Assembly (NCBI GenBank): GCA_046484665.1
Contig: JAWOIN010000180.1
Coordinates: 333 to 64,332 of the forward strand
DNA: 64,000 nt
Direction: 5' to 3'
Source of the DNA: Gemmatimonadota bacterium
Lineage (GTDB): Bacteria > Gemmatimonadota > Gemmatimonadetes > Palauibacterales > Palauibacteraceae
The position numbers and the translations under genes were made by a program. Shown in pieces: positions 42,921 to 53,149 of this stretch. Every line of letters begins with the position of its first letter. The first letter of the stretch is position 1. The notes beneath the pieces were generated by a model, which saw only the letters and a list, made by a program, of their open reading frames with translations, did no database searches and was not told the origin of the DNA.

Positions 42921-44354
42921 ATGCGATCGACAACCGCCCTGGTGCTCGCGGCGACTCTCGCCGTCGCCGCGCCCGCGAGGTCCCAGGAACCGTCGCCCGC
43001 CGTTCAGCGGCTCCGCGAGTACGTCGCCCTGGTGAACGACGGCGACCCGGCGGCGGTCGCGGCCTACGTCGACACGGCGTTCAACGATGAGCTCCGCGGC
43101 ATGCCGATGGATCTGCACGTCGGGTTCTTGATGGACCTCCGGCTCCGGTCCGGCGGCCTCGACCCGCGGGGAATCCAGCGGGAAGAGGACGGCCTCGCGG
43201 TCGGGCTGCTGCGGCAGCGGCTCACCGGCGACTGGGACGCGCTCGCTGTCCGGGTCGAGCCCGACCCGCCGCACCGGATCGCGGGACTCGGCGGGCGGGA
43301 GCCCGAAGTCCCGGCCGACTCCCTGCCGCCGGCGCCGGCCACGGACGCGGAGCGGGCGACGCGGCTCCGGGAGCACGTGGACCGGCTGGCGGCGGTGGAC
43401 GCGTTCTCGGGCGCCGTCCTGCTCGCCAGGGACGGCGAGATCCTGTTCGCCGGCGCCTGGGGCGAGGCGAACAAGGACTTCGGAGCGCCGAACCGGGTCG
43501 AGACGAAGTTCAACCTGGGCTCGATGAACAAGATGTTCACGGCCGTCGCGATCGCGCAGCTCGTCGAGCGGGGCCTGGTGCGGTTCGACGATCCGCTGTC
43601 GAAGTTCCTGCCGGACTTTCCCGATCCGGACGCCGCGAAGCGGATCCGGATCGAGCACCTGCTGACCCACACCTCGGGACTCGGCAGTTACTTCAACGAG
43701 CGGTTCTTCGACGCGTCCCGGGCCCGGTTCCGGACGGTGGATGACCTGATGACGCTCGCCGGCGGCGACTCGCTCCGGTTCGAGCCCGGCACGGGCTGGA
43801 GCTACAGCAACACCGGGTTTCTCGTCCTCGGAAAGGTGATCGAAGTCGCCTCCGGCCAGGACTACTTCGAGTACGTCCGGGAGAACATCTGCGGGCCCGC
43901 CGGGATGACGGGCACCGACGCGTACGAGCTCGACCGCGTGAACCCGGATCTCGCGGTCGGCTACCAGCGCGAGTGGTCGGCCGACGGGACTGTGCTCTGG
44001 CGGAACAACCTGTTCGAGCACGTGATCCGCGGCGGCCCGGCGGGAGGCGGCTACTCGACGGTCGGCGACCTGTGGCGGTTCGCAGAGGCGCTGATGAGTG
44101 GCCGGCTCGTCGGAGCGGAGTCCGTCAGGGCGCTCACGACGGCGAAGCCGGAGCTCTCGTCGCCGGAGTACGGATACGGCTTCGTCATCGGGGACGGCGG
44201 CGGGATCGTCGGGCACGGCGGCGGTTTCCCGGGGATCAGCTCGAACCTCGACATCTTCATGGAATCCGGGTACGTCGCCGTGGTCCTCTCCAACTACGGT
44301 CGCGCCTCGGGGCCCGTCGTGTGGAAGATCCGGCGCCTCGTCGGCGCCGGCTGA
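42921..44354 (+). CDS. Serine hydrolase of the beta-lactamase/PBP (class C-like) family
   Basis: Signal peptide, SxxK motif (LGSMNKMFTA), and YSNTGF and HGGG motifs. Confidence 0.8.
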   Translation: MRSTTALVLAATLAVAAPARSQEPSPAVQRLREYVALVNDGDPAAVAAYVDTAFNDELRGMPMDLHVGFLMDLRLRSGGLDPRGIQREEDGLAVGLLRQRLTGDWDALAVRVEPDPPHRIAGLGGREPEVPADSLPPAPATDAERATRLREHVDRLAAVDAFSGAVLLARDGEILFAGAWGEANKDFGAPNRVETKFNLGSMNKMFTAVAIAQLVERGLVRFDDPLSKFLPDFPDPDAAKRIRIEHLLTHTSGLGSYFNERFFDASRARFRTVDDLMTLAGGDSLRFEPGTGWSYSNTGFLVLGKVIEVASGQDYFEYVRENICGPAGMTGTDAYELDRVNPDLAVGYQREWSADGTVLWRNNLFEHVIRGGPAGGGYSTVGDLWRFAEALMSGRLVGAESVRALTTAKPELSSPEYGYGFVIGDGGGIVGHGGGFPGISSNLDIFMESGYVAVVLSNYGRASGPVVWKIRRLVGAG

Positions 44355-44406
44355 GACGGACCGGGCGGGGCGCGGCCGGGCCGGCCGTGCCCGTCCCCGT
44401 CCCGGC

Positions 44407-44583
44407 TCAGGCGTCTCGGATCGCGGCCTTCACTTTGGCGGCCGTCGCCTCGTCCAGCTCGGCGAGGCCGTGCGCGTCGCGGGCGTGCACCGCCGCCTTC
44501 GCGAGCACCTCGTTCTCGCTCTCCGCCCGCGCCACGTAGTCGCAGCCGGGCATGAGGTCTCCGCAGCGAAGCTCCTTGGCCAT
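44407..44583 (-). CDS. DUF1059-like small protein (58 aa, below the ORF-track cutoff)
   Basis: GAGGAGAGAG RBS before the ATG at 44583. MAKELRCGDLMPGCDYVARAESENEVLAKAAVHARDAHG matches my recollection of DUF1059. Confidence 0.6.
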   Translation of the reverse strand: MAKELRCGDLMPGCDYVARAESENEVLAKAAVHARDAHGLAELDEATAAKVKAAIRDA

Positions 44584-44925
44584 TCGTCTCTCTCCTCGGT
44601 GAGAGGGGTGCCTGTGATCGGTCGTTCTCCAGAATAGGCCGATCTGTGCGACTTTTGAAGGTCCGCCGGCGCCCCGACACCGTCCCGGTCGCGCGGGGCG
44701 GGCGAGGGACGCTATATTCGGCCGTACTGAGGCGTCGGAGCCGACAGGCTCCGCTCACCCATGCCGGACCTCCTTTCTGGTGGTCGCGCTCGCTCGTCCG
44801 ATCGGGACGCGAGGCGTTCCGACGGTAACTCCATAGAACGAGCGGGAATCGTGCGCGCGCCCGGCCTTCGCGGCCGGCCGTCTGCGATGGCGCGCGCCGT
44901 GACCACGCGCAGGAAGGAGGCCTCG

Positions 44926-45393
44926 ATGCGGATCCACGACATCCTCACCCACAAGAGCCCCGACGTCTGGACCATCCCGTCCGACCGTACGGTGCGGGAC
45001 GCGATCCGCGAGATGAACAGCCGAAAGGTCGGCTGTCTCGTGGTCACGGACTCGGGCCGCGAGATCCGGGGCATCATCACGGAGCGGGACGTCCTCCGCA
45101 TGTGCGGCGAGCGCTGTGCCGAGCTGGAGGCCTCCGCGCGGCACGAGGAGGGCTGTCCCGCGCGGGTGGCCGACGTGATGACGAAGGAAGTGCTGCTCGC
45201 GGTGCCGGAGGACACCGTCGACTACGCGATGGGAGTGATGACGCAGAACCGCGTGCGCCACCTGCCCGTCGTCGACGACGGACTCCTGGTCGGGCTGGTC
45301 TCGATCGGCGACCTGGTGCGCGAGAGCCTCGGCGAGACGGAATACGAGAACCGGCTGCTCAAGGACTACATCCGGGGCGTTCCGGTATTCTGA
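44926..45393 (+). CDS. CBS-pair domain protein
   Basis: AGGAAGGAGG RBS before the ATG at 44926. Two CBS motifs (GCLVVTDSGREIRGIITERDV, HLPVVDDGLLVGLVSIGDL). Confidence 0.8.
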   Translation: MRIHDILTHKSPDVWTIPSDRTVRDAIREMNSRKVGCLVVTDSGREIRGIITERDVLRMCGERCAELEASARHEEGCPARVADVMTKEVLLAVPEDTVDYAMGVMTQNRVRHLPVVDDGLLVGLVSIGDLVRESLGETEYENRLLKDYIRGVPVF

Positions 45394-45433
45394 CGGGGCG
45401 AATCCTCCGTGTCCCGATTCCGTAGAATCGGGC

Positions 45434-45928
45434 ATGGACGCGCACGGACTCGCCCTGGCGGGCATCGGCATCATGGTCGTCTCGCTGTTCCTGATCCCGA
45501 TAGGGCTCCCGGGGATCTGGATCATGATCCTCGTCGTGGCGGCGGGGACCTGGGCGGGCGCGATCCACTGGCTCGTATTCCTCGGCCTCCTCGGCCTCGC
45601 GCTGGCGGCCGAGCTCATCGAGTGGGCGGCGGTCGACCGGCTCGGCAGGCGGTACGGGGGCACGCGCAGGACGTTCTGGGGCGCCCTGCTCGGCGGGATC
45701 GCGGGCGCGGTCGCGGGATCGCCCGTGCCGGTCGTCGGCACGCTGCTCGGCGTCCTCGTCGGCACGTTCGCCGGAGCGACGCTCGTCACCTGGCATGAGC
45801 TGCGCGACCACGGGGGCGCGCTGCGGGCCGGCTGGGGATCGATGCTCGGTCGGGCCGTCGCGGTCGCGCTCAAGGTGGCGACGGGGCTCGTGATCCTCGT
45901 GGCGGGCGGGGCGGCGCTGCTGCTGTAG
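45434..45928 (+). CDS. DUF456-like membrane protein
   Basis: Four TM helices and a GLPGIWIMILV N-terminal motif. Confidence 0.6.
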   Translation: MDAHGLALAGIGIMVVSLFLIPIGLPGIWIMILVVAAGTWAGAIHWLVFLGLLGLALAAELIEWAAVDRLGRRYGGTRRTFWGALLGGIAGAVAGSPVPVVGTLLGVLVGTFAGATLVTWHELRDHGGALRAGWGSMLGRAVAVALKVATGLVILVAGGAALLL

Positions 45929-46006
45929 GCGGCGCTTCGCGCCCCGGCGCACCTCGCTGTATCCTTCCCCGGAGCCGGCCCCTTCCACCCCGACCGGAGC
46001 GCTCGC

Positions 46007-46639
46007 ATGCCGGGCCAGCGTCCCCTCATCCTCGGCGTCGCGGGAGGCAGCGGATCGGGGAAGACGACTGTGGTCAGCCAGATCATCGGCGGCCTCGACC
46101 CGATTCCCGTCAGCGTCCTCCACCACGACTCCTACTACCGCGACCAGCCCGAGCTGACGTCAGAGGAGCGGGCGCTGATCAACTACGACCACCCGGACAG
46201 CCTCGAGACTCCGCTCCTCGCCGAGCACCTGCGCACCCTTCTCTCCGGAAGGGCCGTGGAGGAACCGGTTTACGACTTCACGTCGCACCGCCGGACGGGG
46301 GAGACGCGCCGGATCGAGCCGACCCCGATCGTGATCCTGGACGGGATCCTGATCCTCGCGGAGCCCGAGCTCCGGGACCTGATGGACATCAAGGTGTACG
46401 TGGAGACGGACTCGGACCTCCGTTTCATCCGGCGCCTGCTGCGCGACACGAAGGAGCGCGGCCGCTCGGTGGAGTCGGTGATCCGGCAGTACCAGGAGAC
46501 GGTGCGGCCCATGCACCTGCAGTTCGTGGAGCCCAGCCGCCGCAACGCCGACATCATCGTGCCGTTCGGACGCGAGAACCGGGTGGCGATCTCGATGCTC
46601 GTGGCGCGGCTGCGGGCGAGAGTTTCGGAGAGCGCATGA
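46007..46639 (+). CDS. udk: Uridine kinase
   Basis: ILGVAGGSGSGKTT P-loop, SYYRDQ, NYDHPDS and DGILIL motifs. Confidence 0.9.
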   Translation: MPGQRPLILGVAGGSGSGKTTVVSQIIGGLDPIPVSVLHHDSYYRDQPELTSEERALINYDHPDSLETPLLAEHLRTLLSGRAVEEPVYDFTSHRRTGETRRIEPTPIVILDGILILAEPELRDLMDIKVYVETDSDLRFIRRLLRDTKERGRSVESVIRQYQETVRPMHLQFVEPSRRNADIIVPFGRENRVAISMLVARLRARVSESA

Positions 46640-46671
46640 GAGACTGGACCGGCGCATGAGAGACTGGATCG
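46632..46671 (+). repeat. 20-bp tandem duplication spanning the udk stop and the next gene's start
   Basis: GCGCATGAGAGACTGGACCG followed by GCGCATGAGAGACTGGATCG (19/20 identical). Confidence 0.8.
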
Positions 46672-46943
46672 AGGAGCACGCGTGGGAGGCGCTGGCAGCC
46701 GGCTCGACCGTGATCGCCGCCGTCGCGATGCGGAACGCAGCGAAGGGCGTGTGGCGCCGGACCCGGGGCGGCGAGCCCCCCGACGACCCGACGGCGGACG
46801 ACGTGGACTGGATCGACGCGATCGCCTGGAGCGCCGCGCTCGGCGTGGCGGTGGCGCTGTCACGGCTGCTCGCCCGCCGCGGGGCGAAGGCGACGTGGCG
46901 GCTCGTCACGGGGAGCGAGCCGCCCGAGGAGCGGGAGGCCTGA
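46656..46943 (+). CDS. DUF4235-like small membrane-associated protein
   Basis: The pattern AAKGVWRRTRGGEPPDDP...WSAALGVAVALSRLLARRGAKATWRLVTG resembles DUF4235. Confidence 0.55.
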   Translation: MRDWIEEHAWEALAAGSTVIAAVAMRNAAKGVWRRTRGGEPPDDPTADDVDWIDAIAWSAALGVAVALSRLLARRGAKATWRLVTGSEPPEEREA

Positions 46944-47030
46944 GTCCGCGGGGGCGTCCGAGGTCTTCTCGGCCGTCCCGGTCAGCAGTCATGCCGCCGT
47001 CAGCGTATCAGCGCTCCCGCAGCACGCGGA

Positions 47031-47174
47031 TCACGAACGAGAGCCCGTCGACCGGATCACGAACCAGATCCCGAAGCCGATGATGAGAATCAAGAACAGC
47101 CACCAGCCCCATTGCATCCCGAACCAGTGCCCTCCGTCGTGCATTGCGTCCTGCATCTGTACCAGGCTCCACAT
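47031..47174 (-). CDS. 47-aa Trp/Met-rich single-TM peptide (below the ORF-track cutoff)
   Basis: AAAGGAGAG RBS before the ATG at 47174. Translation MWSLVQMQDAMHDGGHWFGMQWGWWLFLILIIGFGIWFVIRSTGSRS. Confidence 0.45.
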   Translation of the reverse strand: MWSLVQMQDAMHDGGHWFGMQWGWWLFLILIIGFGIWFVIRSTGSRS

Positions 47175-47229
47175 GGAGCTCTCCTTTCCTCTCCGGCGTC
47201 ACGCCTGCCTGCCGCGCCCGCCTGACCAG

Positions 47230-47371
47230 CAGCCGTGCGTGGCCGGCCGGGCCGCTCGGCGAGCAGTCGCTTCAGGTCCTCGGCCGGCACGCGTCCCTCG
47301 ACAAGGTAGCCGCCGCTCGCCGCCCGGACGACTCCGCCCACCGCTTGAGCGAGAAGGGGGACGGCCCCAGA
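47230..47371 (-). pseudogene. Truncated DUF411 (CopG-like) remnant
   Basis: GAVPLLAQAVGGVVRAASGGYLVEGRVPAEDLKRLLAERPG parallels GIPPQLSTCHTAEVGGYLVEGHVPADAIQRLLKEKPD of the intact copy at 52231..52746. The CDCC region and the C-terminal PGMP motif are missing. Confidence 0.55.
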
Positions 47372-47442
47372 TTACGCACCGTCAGCGCGGTGGCCGCGGC
47401 CCTCCACCGTCCGCTTCCTGGAAGCTCGACCCGGAGGTTCTC

Positions 47443-47718
47443 ATGCGACTCAGCGTCCGGGCGTTCGCTCTCACCTTCTCCCTCGCCTGGGGCGGTTCGC
47501 TCCTGCTCGTGGCCGTCGCCCACATCCTGTGGCCGCCGTACGGCACGGCCTTCCTCGAGATGGCGACCTCGATCTACCCGGGCTACGAGCCGGCGGGCTG
47601 GGGCTCCGTCGTCGTCGGCACGCTATACGCCCTGGTGGACGGCTGCATCGGCGGCGCCGTTTTCGCCTGGCTCTACAATCTCCTGCTCGGGAGACGGGGG
47701 AGCGAGACGACCGCCTGA
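47443..47718 (+). CDS. Two-TM small membrane protein (DUF5676-like)
   Basis: GGAGG RBS before the ATG at 47443. MRLSVRAFALTFSLAWGGSLLLVAVAHILW...IYPGY...FAWLYN. Confidence 0.55.
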   Translation: MRLSVRAFALTFSLAWGGSLLLVAVAHILWPPYGTAFLEMATSIYPGYEPAGWGSVVVGTLYALVDGCIGGAVFAWLYNLLLGRRGSETTA

Positions 47719-47839
47719 GAGCCCGCCCGGTTCAGGCTGCTCGCGGGTCGCCCGGGCGACTCAGCGGAACGCCGCCGGAAGGTCGAGCGGGGCGATCACC
47801 AGCCGCGCCGGCCATCCAGACGCGTTCCCGTCGCCGGGA

Positions 47840-48391
47840 TCAGGAACCGGTCCGGAACCGGAACACCATTCCGTACCCACCGTCGGGTCCCTGCCAGAGT
47901 CCTCCCCCGTGGGAGGAACCGCCCATCATCCCTCCGCCCATCATCCCTCCGTTGACGTGCATGCCACCCATCGCGAAGCCGTGCATCGCGTAGTTCACGT
48001 GGTGGCCATCGGCGTCCATGATCCCGCCGCCAAGGTGGAAGGCGTGCTCCGTGGCCGGCGCCATGGGTTCGGCGGGCGTGAAGATCGCGGTCCGGTGGTC
48101 GTCCGACCACGTCCAGGCTCCGGCGACGTCCGGACCGTCGATCCCCCCGACGTGCAACCTGCAGTAGGCATCGGTCCCGTCCGCCATTGGACGGTCGAAC
48201 TCGACCCGCACGGTCGAGGTCCGGCTCACGTCCGTGGAGCCGCCCGTCGGAGTCACGCTGAGAAGCTCAGCCTCCACGGTCCCTCCAGCCACCGGCTCCG
48301 ACGAGGAGTCCGAGCAGGCGGAGAGCGCCAGGATGGCCATGCCGGCCGCCCCGAGAATCATGAGGCGCATGATTCCACTCTGGTATGTCAT
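47840..48391 (-). CDS. Lipoprotein with an Ig-like domain and a Met/His/Gly-rich C-terminal tract (putative periplasmic copper binder)
   Basis: ILALSAC lipobox, LSVTPTGGSTDVSRTSTVRVEFDRPM Ig-like (SbsA-type) segment, and tail HGFAMGGMHVNGGMMGGGMMGGSSHGGG. The start is uncertain (48391 or 48370). Confidence 0.65.
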   Translation of the reverse strand: MTYQSGIMRLMILGAAGMAILALSACSDSSSEPVAGGTVEAELLSVTPTGGSTDVSRTSTVRVEFDRPMADGTDAYCRLHVGGIDGPDVAGAWTWSDDHRTAIFTPAEPMAPATEHAFHLGGGIMDADGHHVNYAMHGFAMGGMHVNGGMMGGGMMGGSSHGGGLWQGPDGGYGMVFRFRTGS

Positions 48392-48603
48392 CGTAAGAAA
48401 CTCCAGGTAGTTGTTCGAGGCGGTCGAACCGGGAGAGCCCCCAGAGTCGGCGGGACGCCCGAGCCAGTGGCCGCCCGAGCGCATTCCGCCTCGCGCTCGA
48501 GGCGCTTCACCGTCCGGGCCCTGCCTGCCGGGCCGAGCGGGCTCAACTCTGGTTCAAGGCCGCTTCCGGCCTCGTCCCGCCTCAGGTCGCACGTCCGGGC
48601 GGA

Positions 48604-48771
48604 TCAACCATTGTTTTCCGCCGTTTCCTGGAAGCGCTCGAGGCACGCCTGCGTGCAGAAGAAGATCTCGCGACCGTCGACTACGACCGTCGCGGCCGCC
48701 TTCTCGGCGCGGAACCGCATCCCGCACACCGGATCGCGCACCATGCGCACCTTCCGTTCGTGCTCCGACAT
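48604..48771 (-). CDS. YHS/TRASH-domain small metal-binding protein
   Basis: AAGGAGG RBS before the ATG at 48771. DPVCGMRF...FFCTQACLERF motif. Confidence 0.75.
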   Translation of the reverse strand: MSEHERKVRMVRDPVCGMRFRAEKAAATVVVDGREIFFCTQACLERFQETAENNG

Positions 48772-49160
48772 GACGTGCCTCCTTTCGATCCGGGCGTTCG
48801 ATGGGAGGGCCGAGCCGTTGCCTCGGCCAAGGCCCGTGCGCAGCGGGAGCCAGAGCGGCGACGCCCCGTACGCGTGTCCGCTCGCCTCTCCCGCCGCACG
48901 CACGGCATCGACCAGGTTCCTCAGATCCCTCGTTCCCCCCCGATCGAGGTGGAAGGACACGAATGCTATGCCGGAACGGAGGTTGACGGTCGCCTGAGTC
49001 ACGGCCGCATTGCCGAGCAGGGCGTTGCGCACGCGTGGGCGCAGGTGATGCAACCCATGCCGCGGATCGAGAGGAACACCGGAACCGCACCGATCAGGTC
49101 TTCCCGCGTGACCGTCTTCACGACGGGCGTGACTGCACATCCGCCTCCGCCTCCGTACAT
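48772..49160 (-). pseudogene. HMA (heavy-metal-associated, CopZ-like) gene interrupted by a 1-nt frameshift, downstream frame continuous with the YHS gene
   Basis: GGGGGAGAG RBS and ATG at 49160 give MYGGGGGCAV...FLSIRGMGCITCAH. The rest of the HMA fold (RVRNALLGNAAVTQATVNLRSGIAFVSF...LVDAVRAAG) lies in the -1 frame from about 49035 and runs without a stop into the YHS ORF. Confidence 0.6.
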
Positions 49161-49186
49161 GCTCTCCCCCTGCCAAGTCGGCCTTT

Positions 49187-49666
49187 TTACGGGCTTCCCG
49201 ATCCGCCCGTCGAGCGGGACGTGCCCCCGCCCATCATGTGGGGCTTGCTCCCACCCATCATGGAGTCCATGCTCATGCCTGCTCCGGACCCGGCCGGCCC
49301 CATGTGGTGACCCTCGGACATCCCCGGGCCCACGTTCCGCATCCCGGCGCGGAGCGTCTCCTGCTGCTCCGCCGTGAGAACGTCGCGGGCCGTCTGGCCG
49401 ATGCGCGCGTACTCCATGCTCATGGCGACCCGCTCGTCGGCCAGCGAGCGAAGCGCCGACTCGTAGGCGGCGAGATCCAGCTTCGGACTCTCCACCTGGG
49501 CGACCAGCTTCTCCCCGGCAGCGTTCATTGCCGTCGCGTGCTCATCACGAGCGTCCCCGAGCTGCTTCTGCATGCCCTCGATCTCCCCGACCTGCTCGGT
49601 CGTCAGGCCGAGCGCCTGACTCCGGGCGAGTATGATCGCGGGAAGGGGGGCAGCCATCATGTTCAT
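49187..49666 (-). CDS. Spy/CpxP-like (LTXXQ) periplasmic protein with a Met/His-rich tail
   Basis: LTTEQ and LTAEQ motifs. Tail GMSEGHHMGPAGSGAGMSMDSMMGGSKPHMMGGG. The start at MNMM (49666) is uncertain. Confidence 0.6.
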   Translation of the reverse strand: MNMMAAPLPAIILARSQALGLTTEQVGEIEGMQKQLGDARDEHATAMNAAGEKLVAQVESPKLDLAAYESALRSLADERVAMSMEYARIGQTARDVLTAEQQETLRAGMRNVGPGMSEGHHMGPAGSGAGMSMDSMMGGSKPHMMGGGTSRSTGGSGSP

Positions 49667-49961
49667 CGGGGGTCGCAGGGTGAGGGACCGGGCGCACGCG
49701 GCTTTGACGTCGCTGGACCTTCCTCGTCCAGCGACTCGCGCGCGAGGGAGCGCGTAGCCATGTTCCTCGCCCTTGATGCCAGCATCACCGTTCGCGCTGC
49801 GGCAGAGCAGATTCCGTCGTCGGGGGGTCCAGAAGGATCGGACAACGCTCCTGCGGCGCGCGATCGCTGGCCGGCGCGGGCGTCTCCGAGTTGATCGAGA
49901 CCGGGAGGCCCGGGGTAGCCGGCCGGCTGGAAACGGGAACGCGAGCGCAGGGGGAGGCCCC

Positions 49962-52109
<2,148 letters not shown>

Positions 52110-52189
52110 CCAACCGACTTCGAGGGACCGCCGGACGAGGTCGGAGAGGCGCCGGGGACCGGACACCGAAGGCTGGGATCGAGAAAAGT

Positions 52190-52217
52190 GAGCGGCCGGC
52201 GGAGGCGCCGGCCGCTC
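52190..52217. terminator. Hairpin terminator between convergent copB and the DUF411 gene
   Basis: 11-bp stem GAGCGGCCGGC/GCCGGCCGCTC. On the minus strand it is followed by CACTTTTCTC, a U-tract for the DUF411 transcript. Confidence 0.6.
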
Positions 52218-52230
52218 AGTGGCCCAACGG

Positions 52231-52746
52231 CTACCGGCGCTCGAACACGGCGACCGATCCGTCCTTCGTGAAAGACACGACGGAGTAACGCTCCGCCGGC
52301 CGCCCCGGCTCCTCCATCCCTGGGGAGCCGATCGGCATGCCCGGAACGGCGAGTCCGGCCACGTCGGGCTTCTCCTTCAGCAGCCGCTGGATCGCATCGG
52401 CCGGAACGTGGCCTTCGACCAGGTAGCCACCGACCTCGGCGGTGTGGCAGGTGGAGAGCTGAGGGGGAATCCCCTTTTCCACCTTCACGGCGGCGACATT
52501 CGCGACCTCGTGGACCTTCACGTCGAAGCCGGCGTCCTGCAGGTGCTCGATCCACTTGTCGCAGCAGTCGCAGCGGGGTCCCTTCCACACCTCGATCGAC
52601 GGCATGCTCGCGGCGGTCGTCCCGAGCGTGCCCCGGGCCTCACCACTGCCCACCTCGTTTCCGTCCAGCCGCAAAGCCCCCCACAGACCCAGACCGGCCA
52701 CGGAGAGCGCCGCTACGGTCGCCACTGCGATGTTCCGCTTGTTCAC
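52231..52746 (-). CDS. DUF411 (CopG-like) periplasmic metal-binding protein
   Basis: Signal/TM anchor, then CDCCDKW, STCHTAEVGGYLVEGHVP and PGMPIGSPGME motifs. Confidence 0.75.
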   Translation of the reverse strand: MNKRNIAVATVAALSVAGLGLWGALRLDGNEVGSGEARGTLGTTAASMPSIEVWKGPRCDCCDKWIEHLQDAGFDVKVHEVANVAAVKVEKGIPPQLSTCHTAEVGGYLVEGHVPADAIQRLLKEKPDVAGLAVPGMPIGSPGMEEPGRPAERYSVVSFTKDGSVAVFERR

Positions 52747-52784
52747 GTATTGCTCCCTTCTCTCTCGCGCGTGTGGCGCGACGT

Positions 52785-53135
52785 TCAGGACAGGGCCTCG
52801 GGGCCCGCGACCCCCGTCCGGACCTTCGTCACGTCCAGAACGGGATGAACGGAGACGATTCCGTCCCCGCGGCGGCCCGTCCGGGCCGCCTTGCAGATCA
52901 GCTCCACGTACATGGCGTTTCGTTCCCGGGCACAGATCAGGCTTACCTGCGCCTTCTCCGCATAAGCGGATCCGTCCTCGAGCGAGAAACGCGCCTTCGC
53001 CGGATCGGCGCCCGCTCCGATGGCGTGAACCCGGGTCACCGCGAGGCGGGGCGCACCGGCCTCTTTCAGCTGATGGACGACCCGGTCCAGCATCGCCAGC
53101 CGGACGATCGCCCTGATCTCCACGAGATCCTTCAC
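52785..53135 (-). CDS. P-II (GlnB-fold) family protein downstream of the RND pump
   Basis: AGGAGG lies 7 nt before the GTG at 53135. VEIRAIVRLAMLDRVVHQLKEAG...TGRRGDGIVSVHPVLDV resembles the P-II beta-alpha-beta fold with the GDGKIFV-like motif. Confidence 0.6.
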   Translation of the reverse strand: MKDLVEIRAIVRLAMLDRVVHQLKEAGAPRLAVTRVHAIGAGADPAKARFSLEDGSAYAEKAQVSLICARERNAMYVELICKAARTGRRGDGIVSVHPVLDVTKVRTGVAGPEALS

Positions 53136-53149
53136 GTAGCCACCTCCTC

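Noticed and set aside
44584-44925. A ~340-bp non-coding gap upstream of the CBS gene, containing CGCTATATTCGGCCG (similar to the CGCTATATTGGGCGG box before tRNA-Arg) and several hairpins. I considered a riboswitch, SRP RNA, 6S RNA or a small RNA.
   Set aside because: I could not match any conserved RNA motif by eye (no SRP GGUCCGGAAGGAAGCAGC core, no ydaO-like elements). A covariance-model scan (Rfam/Infernal) is needed.
49025-49050. Programmed -1 ribosomal frameshifting in the HMA gene, by analogy with E. coli copA.
   Set aside because: The required shift is -1, but there is no X XXY YYZ slippery heptamer and no obvious downstream structure at the site (…TGC GCC CAC GCG…). A 1-nt deletion or assembly error in a C-run is more parsimonious. 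It is kept as a finding, but not as programmed frameshifting.
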